Shown here one piece after another: positions 63,507-64,000 of a stretch of 64,000 nucleotides of DNA; within the stretch, counting starts at the first letter, position 1, and every line of letters begins with the position of its first letter. Made by a program: the position numbers and the translations under genes. Under the pieces are notes generated by a model. It searched no databases, was not told the origin of the DNA, and saw only the letters and a program-made list of their open reading frames with translations. The stretch covers positions 434,001 to 498,000 of the forward strand of contig MU053881.1 of NCBI GenBank assembly GCA_013239625.1. Reading direction: 5' to 3'. Source of the DNA: Lama guanicoe (Eukaryota).

Positions 63507-64000
63507 TTTTTCTTTTCTTTTTTTTTTTCCTTTTTCAGTTTTATTAGGTAGTATTATTACAGTCCAACTGCACACACACGATATTGCATGTAAATACATG
63601 CAGACAGTACACTGCACCTTTTTTTTAGTTTACGTATGTGTACTGATCATTGCTCCTAAGAACAGTTTCGAGCTTTAGCTTTTTAAACTTACATAGTTAT
63701 CAAAGGAATAAAGCCAACTATAAAATAAGAATCAGCAGAATGTGGTGATACAGTCATAAAGGACAGTCAGATGTGCTCACACGTATTCAAGAAATCAGTC
63801 ATCTTAGTTGTACATGATGAGTAGTTCATTTGTGTGCTTTTTCAAAGGATCACACTTACGGTTTTTCGCCTGTTGCCCCGGACAGCCTCACGAGGTGGGT
63901 GGCACACCCCTTCCCCACCACGCCTCACCCCCTTCCGCCTGCAGCTTTCAGGCGAGACAGCTGGGAGTGAGGGCAGCAAGTCGAGGCTCAGACAGTTGTA
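63507..64000 (-). other. Possible 3' end of an unidentified antisense retrocopy or repeat, cut by the window edge
   Basis: T tract 63507-63535 with TTTATT (AATAAA on the minus strand) at 63540-63545, followed by sequence I do not recognise as L1 or SINE. Confidence 0.35.

Noticed and set aside
369..63678. Most short ORFs in the supplied track, for example 10965-11354, 17349-17717, 38615-39157, 56672-57175
   Set aside because: Many begin at non-ATG codons, lie in repeats or show no recognisable domain; lengths are compatible with chance. L1-like peptides are degraded ORF2 fragments.
1..64000. Prokaryote-style system (CRISPR array, operon, defence island) or horizontally inserted foreign gene
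   Set aside because: No regularly spaced repeat-spacer array, no long intact ORFs and no compositionally foreign block seen; the window is explained by a spliced mammalian gene plus repeats.

Overview
Mammalian genomic DNA. The tRNA-Ala-derived SINEs and young L1 tails point to a camelid, which is an inference. The whole window lies inside the RNF130 (GOLIATH) PA-TM-RING E3 ligase gene on the + strand. Four internal coding exons are present (18483-18677, 33727-33977, 56417-56488, 58336-58418; probably exons 2-5), with GT-AG boundaries and matching phases; exon 1 and the exons after exon 5 are outside the window. Intron 2 holds the miR-340 hairpin (31954-32048), apparently with a U>C change at mature position 12. 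Intron 3 holds an approximately 11 kb nest of mostly sense-oriented L1s, including a disabled RABL2 processed pseudogene where about 1 kb of L1 ORF2 is missing, two SINEs and a twin-primed (5'-inverted) L1 with a TSD. The rest is L1, L2, MaLR/ERVL LTRs and DNA-transposon MITEs. I found no convincing new multi-gene system. The best leads are the L1-RABL2-L1 chimera, a CpG-rich patch with ETS/CTCF-like motifs upstream of miR-340, the miR-340 variant, and candidate cryptic exons that would truncate the RING domain. Repeat family names come from recalled consensus sequences, not a RepeatMasker run, and repeat boundaries are approximate unless a TSD is given.
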